Shown piece after piece: positions 11,844 through 24,305 of a DNA stretch of 64,000 nucleotides. The stretch is taken from contig JBLDXI010000034.1 of NCBI GenBank assembly GCA_047495785.1, positions 1,116,001 through 1,180,000 of the forward strand. Direction: 5' to 3'. This DNA is from Lepidodermella squamata. Taxonomy: Eukaryota > Animalia > Gastrotricha. Below the pieces are notes generated by a model that saw only the letters and a list, made by a program, of their open reading frames with translations, made no database searches and was not told where the DNA came from. How positions within the stretch are numbered: the first letter of the stretch is position 1; each line of letters starts with the position of its first letter. A program made the translations under genes and the position numbers.

Positions 11844-13150
11844 TTAACAAAACGTTAAGTTATGGCGCCTCACCACAGAAATTGTGAATTTTTCCAAGTC
11901 AGTACATTTAAGATATTTCAAGAATGAAGAATACGAATTATTAACGACGGAAGATGGTAGCCGGTTCCAAGCTGGACGCACTCGCCTCACAAATGAAAAC
12001 TGAGAGCTGGCATGACTGTAGCTTTCCATCGTAACAGAATGATGCGGTAAGCGCGGATTAGTGGAAATATTAAAGAAGTCAGAGAAATTTAAGTCCACAG
12101 CACGCTGGTACATTTTATGACATAACGGAAGATCGTGTTGGTAGCGTCTTAATTCGAGTGAACACAACCCAAGCTTTTTTAGTCGTTCTTCATAGGAGGA
12201 GCCTTCGATCGATGAGTAGTAGGTACTACGATATAGCAAACGTTTTGTGAAGCGGATTTGAATCGATTCGACCTTTTCAATATCTGTTATTAGGTAAGGT
12301 GAGTAAACAGACGGGCAAAAGTCAAGACGATATAAAGTATACGTTTTATAGGCTTTGAGACGTAAGGATTTAGAGGCGAACGATTTACGAATAACACCGT
12401 TAATTCTGTGGCATTTACTTGCCGATTCGTTACAGTGCTCAGAGAAGGTGAGATTTTTATCAATAATTATTCCGAGGTCTTTCACTGAGTCCACAACATC
12501 AAGCTCGACATCTTTAATTTTGAATTTGAACATAAATTTGTTTTGCGCGAGTATAAGCACGACGCATTTTTTCGAATTCACAGACAGGCCGTTAGCGTCA
12601 AACCAGTTGATGATTTCATCCAAGTCTTTCTGCAGTTCGATGCAATCGCTTAAAGAACGGATCGCCCGGTATAGCTTCGTATCGTCGGCGAAGAATTTCG
12701 CAATCGATCTCTCTACCAACACATTTACTTCTGTCGTGAAAATCAAGAACAGCAGCGGCCCTAGAACAGAGCCCTGAGGTACTCCAGAAGTGACCGCCGA
12801 CCATGATGACACACTGTTATTCACTGCTACCCTGAAAAATCGGTCACTCAAGAAAGCCTTTATCCAGGCGTGCAGGTTTCCACAAATATTGATATCTGAG
12901 AGCTTGGATAGTAACAAAGAGATCGGCACAACATCGAAGGCTTTTGACAGGTCAAGGTATATAACAATTATATCAATGAGTTGATCTAATAGTTTCAGCC
13001 AATCAGTAATACATGACAACAACTGCGTCTCACAATTTCTTCGAGATAGAAACCCAAATTGATTTTCAGAGATCAGGTTATTTCTATATAGGTACAGTAG
13101 CACATGATTCTTCACAATGGTTTCTTGGATTTTGCAAATTATTGACAAGA
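11844..13150 (-). mobile_element. 5'-truncated CR1/L2-type LINE, reverse transcriptase and C-terminus
   Basis: QFGF, YLDLSKAFD, GVPQGSVLGPLLF, FADD, KDLGI and C-terminal RVRPAWNRLP in a 434-aa open frame. No endonuclease domain. Confidence 0.92.
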
Positions 13151-13396
13151 CTCTTTATCGGCATTGTAAACATGAACTATCCAGCCAATGGCGCGGCAGA
13201 TTTCATATTTAGGAAATATTAGTGAGTGCTCGACATGAGCAACCAATCGCGTTACAGCGAATAATGATGGACACCCACTGTTGATTCACGTGCGACGTGC
13301 GGCCGAGCCAAACGTGGCGCACTAATGCCAATTTTGTACATCCGCGCTCGTTGCCCGCATATAGCGCATATAGGATTAATTTAAAGAAAACGTGTC

Positions 13397-13478
13397 CAAT
13401 CAAAATCAAATCTAATCTAATATAATCTAAACTCCGGAGAAAATGGTCAAAGTCAAAGTCAAATCAAATCAAATCAAC
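13397..13478. repeat. Degenerate (AAATC/TAATC/AAAGTC)n microsatellite
   Basis: caatcaaaatcaaatctaatctaat...tcaaagtcaaagtcaaatcaaatcaaatcaa. Confidence 0.7.
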
Positions 13479-14182
13479 AGCACTGGGCATGAAATAAAGC
13501 CTAGGAACACACGCAGCAAGTGAAAAGCTAAAGCTTGTCATCCGTAGCATGCTTCCGCTTCTGCCACAACATGTGGCGGAAAACGACCTTTTCTATCAGA
13601 TTCATTGGTATGAACTTCATGGGTATGAGCATGAACCATAAATCATAAAAGATTAAGGAGAAAAATCATCGAAAGCCTAATTTTCTCCGACTCTTTGCGG
13701 CATATTGCGATTATTTACAGTGCGCAATTCGTGGTGCCTCAAACTAGGGCATCCGATTTTTTTCCGATTTTTCCCGGCCAAGCCCTGGGGTAGATTATAG
13801 GTAATTAAAATTGCCATGAACCCTAGTAATTGGGCAATTAGCAATTATCTGGTCCATAGTTTAGGTGCCATCTTTTCTAGAAATGCAGACAATTTAGCGG
13901 TTGAACATTTCTGAAAAAAATCGACGTTTTCACACATTTAGTCAACTGCATTTATATCAAAATCGATCAAAATTGATCAAATCAAAAAAATTGACTCTTT
14001 CCAATAGAAAGCAAACAAATGCAATTTATGATTGTGATTCGACAGTAAAACTTATCGGAACGAATGTTTGCCCCTGAAAGCTCGCTCCAATCGCACAGGA
14101 AATTAAAGTACAACACATAGCTGGTGAGATATCTCTCGCCAGAGTGTTTAATTTTTCGCGGGAACGATCCTTGGTTTTTGCT

Positions 14183-17100
14183 ATGAATTGCAGCTTGATT
14201 TTTGTAGTCTTTTGTGTAGTTGCGTGCACTACCTGCTTGGATGTTTCAAAGCTTCAGCTGCCACGCTTGGACGAACTGATCGCATTCTGGCCTATGGACG
14301 CATACTCCGGTCTTAATGGGTACACGCGAACAAACAAAGAGCTTCAACCCCTTCGATCAAACAGCACAGCTAAATTTCGCCGGAACAATGTGGGAAATAC
14401 TGGTTACTACGTGATAAAAGAAGCGAGACTAGCAAGTTATTTGGCACCTGAGATTCCCAGCTCTTTCACGGTTTCCTTTCATGCTGATAGCAATATCGGC
14501 GAAAGCTTTCGGATTGTATTCGAGGGCTTATTTGAGATCACGGACTACATGGACACCACTGACATTCGTCTGAGAACAGGGCCAAATAGTTGGAATTTGG
14601 CTGAACGGCATCGAATTGAAGATACGAATAAGATTGATGGCCGAATGGTAACTGTCGCCTACGACAAGCAGTCGAACATTGCTACTTTCTATCGAATATG
14701 TAATATAAATCACAAACTGTCAAGCGAAAATTTCACATTCAGAGCGAGAATAAACAATAATCAGACATCAGGAGAATTCGTCATTGGCGAAAGGGACGAT
14801 GATATAGCGAAGGAGCGTCAAATATCTTGTGTCTCACTTTACAAAACCGCCTTGACAGAGGCTGAAGTTAAGGAGTTGTTTCTCACGCCTTGCCGGAATG
14901 CTTTCAAGATATCAATGGGCGAAATCGACGGAATAGACATGACGGAGATCCCACGACGGAAGAATCTCATCGGATTTTGGCCGCTTTCTTTTGATTCGAA
15001 CCTGCTCGGCTGGGACGGAGCTGGTAACGTCATCGTGCCTCGCCAGCCCAGTTCTTACAGCGCGAAGCAGGAGAAGTTTGAAGGGCCATATGCGCAAGGC
15101 AGTGTTTCGATGAACCTACCCGACCCAAGACGTAATTTAGCTGGTGGTTTGGTGGCTTACGACGGCCTGCCAAGACCACTCTCTCATTTCACACTCGCGT
15201 TCTACATGAAATCTTCGACTTGCGGTACTGATGGGCACGGTGTTCTCACCATTCTAGGTTTCCTTACCGTTTATTGCCCTCCGAAGTACTCTAGCCCATA
15301 TCCTTATGTCAAATTCGATTATTTAAAAACCGGATTGTCGCTGACAGAATTCGAGTCGGGACCTTTTTCCATTAAATATGAGCACATCGGAACGTGGAGT
15401 TTCTTTGCTATTGTTAGGAACGCTTTTAAAAGACACACCACGCTACACTCGCTTGCAGTCAACCACGATCTTGAACTCACTTCAGAGGGTGGGTTCATGT
15501 TTTCAAATCAATTAGCATAAAACTCATGGGTAAAACAAACCCATGTTTATTTGCCTACGTTTGGTTTCTTAATATTCCTAACTACAAGCCCAGGTGGCAC
15601 TACAATGAAGATCAAAGACCGGCAAAGAGGTGCCGCTTGGGCTTGTAGTTCACCCATGAGATTTACAGTAGTACAGTGTGTATTACGCAGCATTTCCGTC
15701 CGATTTTTTTATCTATTTGTTGGTTTTCTGAACGTGAATTTATCAATTTCAATTTCGTGAAATCTAACATCCATTATACATTTTCTGTAGAGCTCGACAT
15801 ATTCCTTAGACAGCCTCCGATTGAAGACCAATGGATAGAAAACCTTTCGCTGGAAATAGGAATTGGCTATATGAGCGGCTACAATAATTTTCATCGTCAT
15901 CAAGACCCGCAATTTGCTTGTTTATATTTCTACGACACAGCATTGAACGCTGACGAAGTTTTCAACTTGAGCAACGCATGTGGCCGGCTTGTTTCCCAGA
16001 ATAAAACCTATTCAAATGGCAACTCCATCGCTGAGCGAATGATACCAGTCTTCGAAACCCCACGATACAATCACATTGACAACATGACAGCTATTCAGCG
16101 TAAATGTGGCTATTTTAACGCTTCAGTCTACGTTCCTCGAAGTTACGAATCTTTATCAACTTACGGTGCTCCTCTAAAGGTGAAGGTTGGCTTTCAAGTA
16201 TCTGGTTTGAATGAAATTGATACAGTTAACGAAATCATAACCGTGAAAGCGCTGATGGTTCTTTATTGGCGAGTCAATACATGCCCTTGGTTTTCGTCGC
16301 CCGCTCTTCCAACTGGCAGAAACTTTGAGACCATTCACATCGACAATCTCAGCAATTTATGGCTACCGAGGATCCGCTTTCTATCAGCAGCCAACTCAAA
16401 CCTCCAGATGCGAAACATGATAATCAATGACGATTATTTGATGATGATGTCTTCAAAGGTACCAACAATTAACCGGACATTCGAATTTTATTGGTTAAAA
16501 GAAGGCCTATTCGAGGCAACCTGCGAGCTATCCCTACAGTTGTTTCCATTCGACACTCAAACTTGCAGCTTCGAATTTTCCCTCGAGCGAGACATTGACC
16601 TTGTTCGGTTTGATGAGAAAACCCTTCTATTCGATTTCAAAAATTCTTTATCCGGGGATAGCTGGACCTTAGTCTCGACCAATAAATCGACAGATCAGGT
16701 TTTCTACAAGGGATTCTACGTATCAACATTCAAATTTACGGCGGAGCTGCGGAGAATTCCGTGGTATTTCGTAAAGAATTTCGCGATTCCATCATCGACC
16801 CTTGCCTCCCTAAATTTGGTTTTATTGTTGATGCCACCAGATGCACCTGATCGAGCTGCTTTTTCTGTCACGATTCTTCTAACCATGACTGTCATGCAGA
16901 GTGCAATTTTGAATCAAGTTCCGAAAAAGCCCTATGACACTCTTCTCGGCAAGCTGGTTCAGGGTCTGACTTGGTTTTGCATCGCAGCGACCATCTACAG
17001 CCTGCTTATTTTATGGGCTGGTGCTTCCTTTTATGATCCAAATGCTCCGAACAGGTCTCAAATGCGGTTCCTGAATGGGAGAATTGGCTTGGTTCGTGCT

Positions 17101-17220
17101 ATTGATTTCTCCTTTTTGATATGCGGTATTATAGTATTCTTCCTTGTTCATATTTTACTTCTCCATGACAAAGATGTAGACCACAATTTTGTGATACAAT
17201 CATTCAATATGATCGACTGA
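14183..17220 (+). CDS. 2x LamG/ConA-like + Cys-loop pLGIC subunit, copy 2; join(14183..15488,15791..17220), ~911 aa
   Basis: Same architecture and phase-1 intron (G|GTGGGT...TTTTCTGTAG|AG). Cys-loop CELSLQLFPFDTQTC; M2 region PPDAPDRAAFSVTILLTMTV. Confidence 0.9.
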
Positions 17221-18165
17221 AACAATATGTAATTATGTTTGTCATGTATGTTCGTCAACTTTACCAAACAAGCACCTTTTAGCTTTTCAATAAAAAATAC
17301 CTGTTACTGATGGGGCCTCATTCCTCTTTCGCATTCATTACATCGCAGGTCGAATATACTCGCAGACGAGAAATCTGGAGCAGCGCGGTCGCCCGCCGTT
17401 GAGAAAATTGCCGCATCCCTCGATGCACTACAAGAACAACCTCCCGCGCTCGAACAACAACCGTCTCCGCTCCCCCTAGTAACATTTCTATATTTGCCGT
17501 TTTTCCTGCTGAAGCTCACGAATCAAGGGGGAGTATGTGCAGTATTCTGTAAACTAGAGTATTGCGCAATACAAAGCAGCGTTGGCTGGCCGCTCTCAGA
17601 GTAGCAAGACAAACGTTGGCACGGTCGATCGCCTGCCCGAAGTGCTGTTTTAGCAGATGCCTTCGCCGATAAAGCCACCTAAATACCTCATTTTGTTGCT
17701 CCATGCTATGGCTATTCCGTAAATAGCGAGGTCAATAACGGTACCGTTGGCGGCGTCGTTTTATGGCTAATCAGCAGCGTTTGGGATGTCTGGAAGCTGA
17801 ATTTCAAGCGTCACGTGTCGTCTAAAAGAGATCCAGTCGAGCTTCTGCAATGACACGCTTAACTTTTCTGCAGCAGTGATAGAAATACTGTTTCACCGGG
17901 GTCCGGGGTTGTCCCAGCAACGTCTGGCACGCAGCCTTTCCTTAATAGCAATTCCAATTTTTCCAGGCCTCGAGTTAAGTAGAAGTGCAGACTGAAATGC
18001 ATTGTGAAAGCAAGTTGAGCCTCCAGTTCAAGGCTTCAGTTCTATCGAAATCGGCAAGTCGCAAGTAATAGGATCCGAGATCAGACAGAGCATCGACGCT
18101 TCGAGCAAGTTTGCAAAGTCCGTCTAGGAAATGATCAAGCGACTCTTGGATTCCAAAAGCCGCGT

Positions 18166-18380
18166 AGGTGTGTAACCCAGACGGGCAATAGCACTTTCGG
18201 CTTATTCGAACAACTCCGAACAATTTGATTTTACCCCTTTGTTCGCCTGTCATTGAGCATTTTCCAGCCGAAAAACTCCGAACACATCCTGAAGGGTCAA
18301 ACACTGCGGCGGTCGAATCGAATTTTTCGGAGTTGTTCGAATGAACCGAATGTGCTATTGCCGGTCTGGGGGCGACACCT
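18166..18380. mobile_element. MITE-like foldback with ~50-60-bp inverted repeats
   Basis: cccagacgggcaatagcactttcggcttattcgaacaactccgaa (18176 onward) versus ttcggagttgttcgaatgaaccgaatgtgctattgccggtctggg (ending 18370). No clear TSD. Confidence 0.75.
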
Positions 18381-18595
18381 GTTTAGCATTTGACAACTCA
18401 ACTGGAATTTCGACACCATCAATGATTTTTTTATGATTTATTATTGTAACACTGAAAATCCCCTTTTCAATTATTAAGTTATATGAATTTGGAAGCATTC
18501 GGAGGATTGCTGACGTATTTTATATATATATACTCATTGCAGTTCTTGGGGAAAGTAGGAGGGAAAGTAGGAGGAAATATATCTTATTGTTATTG

Positions 18596-19972
18596 CTATA
18601 GCATTTCTTTCAAAATGTCCGCAAAAATCACTGCGAAACGGTGAACGTCGATAAATGAACAGTAAAGCGGTGCCATTGAAACCCTGACGATGTCAGGAGA
18701 CCTTATATCGCAGAGAACACCTCGATTTTCCAGAGCATCACCCAAGCCAGCAACACCTGGTGGGGTTGGAATTCGAATCGACAGCTGGTTTCCTCGTCTT
18801 GCCGGGTCTCGAGGGGTCACAATTGCCAACTCATGCAATTTATTTCGAATTTCCGAGAATAAGTCAGATTTCTCGACAAGCCACTCGAGGTAGCCAGTCA
18901 GCAAAATCGATTTGTTGCGTAAACGATCAAACCCAGCTTCGTTGAACATTTCAAGACTAGCGGCTAAGGTCTTGATAAGAATAGCGTTTTGATGGCCAGT
19001 TTTCCAACCTTTCGCGCCAATATCGCAGTCGAAATTGTTGGTCATAGCGAAACGAGTGTCCGGTTTATGAGCCATCCAGCCTAAGAGATGCAGCCGCTTG
19101 AAGTGGCGCTCATTGACATAACAGAACCCGACTGCACCTGGACCGCCATTCAAGTACTTGTAGCCAACACCACAGGCGAAATCGACATTCCATTTGCTGA
19201 GCTGGAGCGGAACACTTCCAGCTGCATGGGATAAGTCGAACCCTACAAATGCTCCAATATCATGGCCAGCCTTTACGATAGCTTCCAAGTCGAAAAATTG
19301 GCCAGTTCTGAACGGAACAGCCGACATAAAAATCACAGCAATTTTCTCGCTCTCCTCATTAATCCTGCTCAAAATATCCTCAGTCCTTAGAATGTACTCA
19401 TTAGGACGAGGGTTCAGGAGGATCAGACCATCTTTCGCGTTGAAACCATGAAGCTCGATCTGGCTCTCCATAGCATATTGGTCAGTAGGGAACCCTGCCC
19501 CTTCAATCATCATTTTGTACCTACTGTCTGTCGGCCTGTAGAATGAGGATAGCAGTAGATGGATATTCGTTGTTTGATTGTTCATCGCGATGACTTCATC
19601 CGGTCGGCTGCCGAGAAGAGGAGCGAGCAATTCACTTGGTTCGTCATCACATGTTAACCAGCTGCGTTCCCCTTTGAAGTAAGCTGTTGCACCGCAATCT
19701 GACCACTTCTTGTATTCTTCGTCAGTAACTTTGACAGTTCTCTTTGACGCAAGGCCCAAAGACGCTGCGCTAAGATAGATGAATGAATCGTTCGAGTCGA
19801 CGTTGTCTCCTAATTTGCCTTGTAAAGACGCTACGGCTGAGCGTTTAGGGAAGTTGAATTCACCGCGAAATTGCGATAATTCGTCTTTAGAATCCAGATA
19901 AATCGCAGTTGATTCATCGCTCGATAACTCGACGCCGCTTTCAAGCATCATTTCTTTAAAAAGATTCGACAT
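18596..19972 (-). CDS. KYNU: Kynureninase-family PLP enzyme, intronless, 458 aa
   Basis: SLGL, EVIAMN..T.N.HLL..SFY.P, FPTD.YA, FDLSHAAG..PL.L..W.VDFA, YKYLNGGPG (PLP Lys), RGNQLS, R...APLY. Confidence 0.93.
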   Translation of the reverse strand: MSNLFKEMMLESGVELSSDESTAIYLDSKDELSQFRGEFNFPKRSAVASLQGKLGDNVDSNDSFIYLSAASLGLASKRTVKVTDEEYKKWSDCGATAYFKGERSWLTCDDEPSELLAPLLGSRPDEVIAMNNQTTNIHLLLSSFYRPTDSRYKMMIEGAGFPTDQYAMESQIELHGFNAKDGLILLNPRPNEYILRTEDILSRINEESEKIAVIFMSAVPFRTGQFFDLEAIVKAGHDIGAFVGFDLSHAAGSVPLQLSKWNVDFACGVGYKYLNGGPGAVGFCYVNERHFKRLHLLGWMAHKPDTRFAMTNNFDCDIGAKGWKTGHQNAILIKTLAASLEMFNEAGFDRLRNKSILLTGYLEWLVEKSDLFSEIRNKLHELAIVTPRDPARRGNQLSIRIPTPPGVAGLGDALENRGVLCDIRSPDIVRVSMAPLYCSFIDVHRFAVIFADILKEML

Positions 19973-20816
19973 TCCAGTCTAGTGGTTTGAAGGTTACTGA
20001 TGAATGAGTTAGAAATATTAAAAATTACACGTATGAGAGATTACAGTCAGCATGAATAAATTGGTGTGATTACTGAAGCATTAACAGTTTATAATGGCTT
20101 CCACGTTAATGTGTAGTGTTCCTGTATTACGAAGCGTGCAAAATTACTTTTAAACTCATGCGTAAATTAATATCACGAGGATTTGTAAACAGAGCGAGCA
20201 CTTTTTCAAGCTTCGCTCAAAGATCTGTTGAAGCAGTAAATGACTAATGAAAATGGAAAAAATGGAACAGCTGTGAACTTCGAGAAACCCGTGTCTCAAA
20301 TCTCAAAAGGACAGTGAACAAAGTAGGCTCCTCGGGGGTATTGTTGAACCTTAGGCGTTTCTGATATCCTTATCCAGCCCGTACTTTGCGCGCTGCAAAA
20401 TGAGTAAATTTTTTCGAATTTGCTTTCAACAAACAAGAAAATCTCATTAAGAGTTTTTGAAGCAATGCCAATCAGTTTGTTCAGCAGGCAAAGTTAGCTC
20501 GTTGTTCTTATTCGAAGAAGTTCTACTATAAAATGTTTTATACACATATCGGGAATTTACCGAGGTGCGGAATTAACAACACTGAGCTCATCTTCCGTGG
20601 AAACTGAAATAATCAATTTTATCCCAATATTAAAATCGGTGATTGTAAACATGAAGCAAATAATTGCAATTTAGGAGTTTGATTCTACGGCAAAATTTGC
20701 TCCTGAGATTCAACGGGGATCGCCCAGGAAATTAAACCACAACACTACAGCACATAGTTGGGGAGATATCTCTCGTCCGCATTTTATTCAAATCAAAAAT
20801 ATTTCTGCTTTCAGCG

Positions 20817-23669
20817 ATGAGATGCAACATAAACTTGATAGTCTTATGTGTAGTCGCACGTACTAGCAGCTTGGATGTTTCAAAGCTTCAACTGCCACGC
20901 TTGGACAAACTGATCGCATTCTGGCCCATGGACGCATACTCCGGTCTATCAGGGTTCACGAAAACAAATACAGAGCTTCAACCGCTACGATCAAACAGCA
21001 CAGCTAAATTTCGTCGGGAAACTGCGGCGAATACTGGTTACTACGTGGCGAGAGGAACAATAATTGCGAGTTATTCGATGTCAGAAATTCCAAGTTCGTT
21101 CACAGTTTCCGTTCATGCTGATGGCACATTTGGCTCGATTGCATTCGATGGACTATTCAAGATAACGGACTACGTGTACAACAATGGCATTGAATTGAGA
21201 ACAGGGCCAAATAGCTGGTATCCCGTGGATCGGTTTCCCGTATCAGACAAGAATATCATCATGGATACCCGAATGGTAGCTGTCACTTACAACAAGCAGT
21301 CGAACACCGTTGTTTTCTATCGAATAAGCAATAAAGATCACAAACTGTCAATCGAAAATGTCACAACTGGGGCTGAAATCTACACGAATGACACGTCGCG
21401 AGAATTTGTGATTGGAGAAAGGAACGAAGGAACGAAGGAGAATCAAGTATCCTGCGTTTCATTTTACAAAGCTGCCCTAACAGAGGTTGAAGTGAAGGCG
21501 TTGTTTCTCACGCCATGCCGGAACGCTTTTAAGCTGAAGATGGGCAGAATCGATGCGATAGGCATGGCTGAGATCCCACGCCGGGAGAACCTCATCGGAT
21601 TTTGGCCACTTTCCATTGATTCGAAACTACTCGGCTGGGACGGAGCTGGTAACGTCATCGCGCCTCGCCAGCCTAGCGCTTACATCGCGAATGCGATGAA
21701 ATTTGAAGGGCCGTATGCACAGGGGAGTGTTTCGTTGAACGTACCCGACCCCAAGCGTAACAGAGCTTGTGGTTTGGTGGCTTACGACGGCCTGCCGAGA
21801 CCGCGATCTCATTTCACACTTGCGTTCTACATGAAACCACCTTGGTTTTCTAACCGTTTTCTGTCCTATCGGAAGTTCCGAACCAACTGTAAAGTTCGAT
21901 CATATTACTTCGGGATTATCGCTGACAGATTTTGTTGGATCGCCATTTTCTGTTGAGTATAAGCACGTCGGAGCATGGACTTTCTTTGCGATTGCTTCTA
22001 ACACTGTTGATAAAATCTCTACGCTACACTCACTTGCGGTCAACTACGCATTGGACCTTACATCACACGGTGCGTTCTTTTTTCAATCTTTTCGACCCTC
22101 AAATTCGAATGGGCAAAGAGCTAGAGGGGAAATAAAAGGGCTAAAGAGGTGGAAAGTGGAAAAATGGAAAGGATGTCCCTTTTTATTTCCTCGGTTTTCA
22201 TCTATGTACATGATTTCACACTTTCCCCCAGAAGTTTACGCATCCGTCAAGGAGCGTCCAATCGATGGCGAATGGATAGACAAGCTTTCGATGGAAATAG
22301 GCATTGGCTATGCGATGGACCGCAATGATTGGTATCGACATAAAGACACGCAATTTGCTTGTTTTTATTTCTACAACGTTGCGTTGAGCACAAAAGAAAT
22401 ATTCAACCTAAGCAACGCATGTGGCCGGCTTGTTTCCCAGAATACAACATATTCAAGTGGCAACTCAATCGCTGAGCGAATGATACCAGTCTTTGAGATC
22501 CCGCAATACGATCACATCGACAACATGACAGCCATTCAACAAAAATGTGGCTACTTCAACGCTTCAGTCTACGCTCCCCGAAGTTTTGAAACTTCATCAA
22601 ACCAATACGTTCCTCTCAAGGTGCAAGTAGGCTTTCAAGTTACGGGGCTGAACGATATAGACACAGTTAACGAAATCATCACTGTTAAAGCGCTAATGGT
22701 CCTGTATTGGCGAGTAAACACGTGCCCTTGGGTTTCTTCACCCGCACTTCCAACTGGTATAAGCTTTGAGACCATTTACATCGACAATCTCAGTAATTTA
22801 TGGCTGCCTAAAATCCGATTTCTATCCGCAGCCAACTCAAACCTTCAGATGCGCAACATGGCTATCAATGACGATTATTTGATGATGATGTCATCAAAGG
22901 TTCCAACTAAATAATCGAACATTCGACTTTTACTGGCAGAAGGAAGGCTTATTTGAGGCAAGCTGCGAGCTATCCCTACAGTTGTTTCCATTTGACATCC
23001 AAAATTGTAGTTTCGAATTTCGAATTTTCCCTTGAGCGCGACGTCCACCTTGTGTTTGCGGATAATAAGTCCTTATTATTCGATTTCAAGCATTCATTAT
23101 CCGGGAACAGCTGGACCTTAGTCTCGACCAACAATTCGACTGATCAAGTTTTCTACAAAGGCTTCTACGTTTCAACTTTCAAATTTACAGCAGTGCTACG
23201 GAGGAATCCGTGGTATTACGTAAAGAATTTCACAATTCCATCATCGACCCTCGCCTCGCTGAATTTGTTCTTATTGATGATGCCGCCAGATTTACCAGAT
23301 CGTGCAGCTTTTTCTGTCACGGTTCTTCTAACCATGACCGTCATGCAAAATGCAATTTTGAATGAAGTTCCGAAAAAACCTTATGATACTCTTCTCAGCA
23401 AGCTAGTTCAAGGTCTGACTTGGTTTTGCATCGCCGCGACTATTTACAGCCTGGTGATGTTGTGGATTGCTGCATCTTACTATGATCCAAACGCCTCAAT
23501 CAGACGTCAGAGAAAGTTCTTAAATGGGAGGATTGGTTTGATTCGTGTTATCGATTTCTACGTCTTCATATGTGGCGTTCTGATATTCTTGCTTGTCCAT
23601 ATTTTCCTTCTACGACACAGTGATTTAGACTATGATTATGTGTTAAAATCATTCAATATTATCGCTTAG
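20817..23669 (+). pseudogene. 2x LamG/ConA-like + Cys-loop pLGIC, copy 3, frameshifted (exons ~20817..22069 and 22232..23669)
   Basis: Colinear with the paralogs but has a frameshifting deletion of ~13 codons at ~21838, a +1 insertion creating TAA at ~22909-22914, and a 7-bp duplication (ttcgaat) at ~23012-23025. Confidence 0.85.
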
Positions 23670-24305
23670 TTGCTTTCACCGTTTTTACAGTCGCATGGGT
23701 CATCGACAGAAAGCTGACCTCTCTTTATGCTTAGTTTCGCTAATTCTGTCTCATTTTCATTCCAGTTCAAATAAAGTGGGGCGTTTAAGTGAAGAGTAAT
23801 TGAACAGAGACTCCATAAAATAGCAAATAATGATAAGGGTTCCGGAACTAGTAGAAGAAACTGATAAGAAATATGTGGCATCACGATGAGGAAGACAGCG
23901 CGTAGTAGTGGCCGTCCTTACGCGAGAGACAATAAAGGAGAATATTGGATGCCTTCCTGCTGATTTGCCTTCATCCGGTGCTGCCAGGTAGCTGGACGAG
24001 CGAGGACTATGCAGCTGATGCTTCGCTGAAAAATTTCATTCAGAAGTAAATGCAGGTGTGTGACAATATATCAATGTTGTAGCCGAGATCCGTCAGAGCC
24101 AGATATTCATCGATTCTATGTGCAAATAAATCGAATTCACAAGCAACATTTCATACTATACCTTTGCCGAACAACGTTTTGCCCCTGAACCACTAACACG
24201 CACGATTCAACATGGCATCACCGGAAATTAAACTGAAACATAGAGATGGTGAGATATCTGCTCTCGTCAGTGCTTTGTTTTCCCTTCAGGTTCTTGGTAG
24301 CAGTC

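Noticed and set aside
17304-18160. Minus-strand coding-like fragments
   Set aside because: Broken by stops with no recognisable motif; may be a decayed element but cannot be assigned.
18596-19972. Kynureninase as a bacterial horizontal transfer because it is intronless
   Set aside because: It has eukaryote-type length and segments (HLLLSSFYRPT..RYK, LRTEDIL). Several other long exons here are also uninterrupted, and a phylogeny would be needed.
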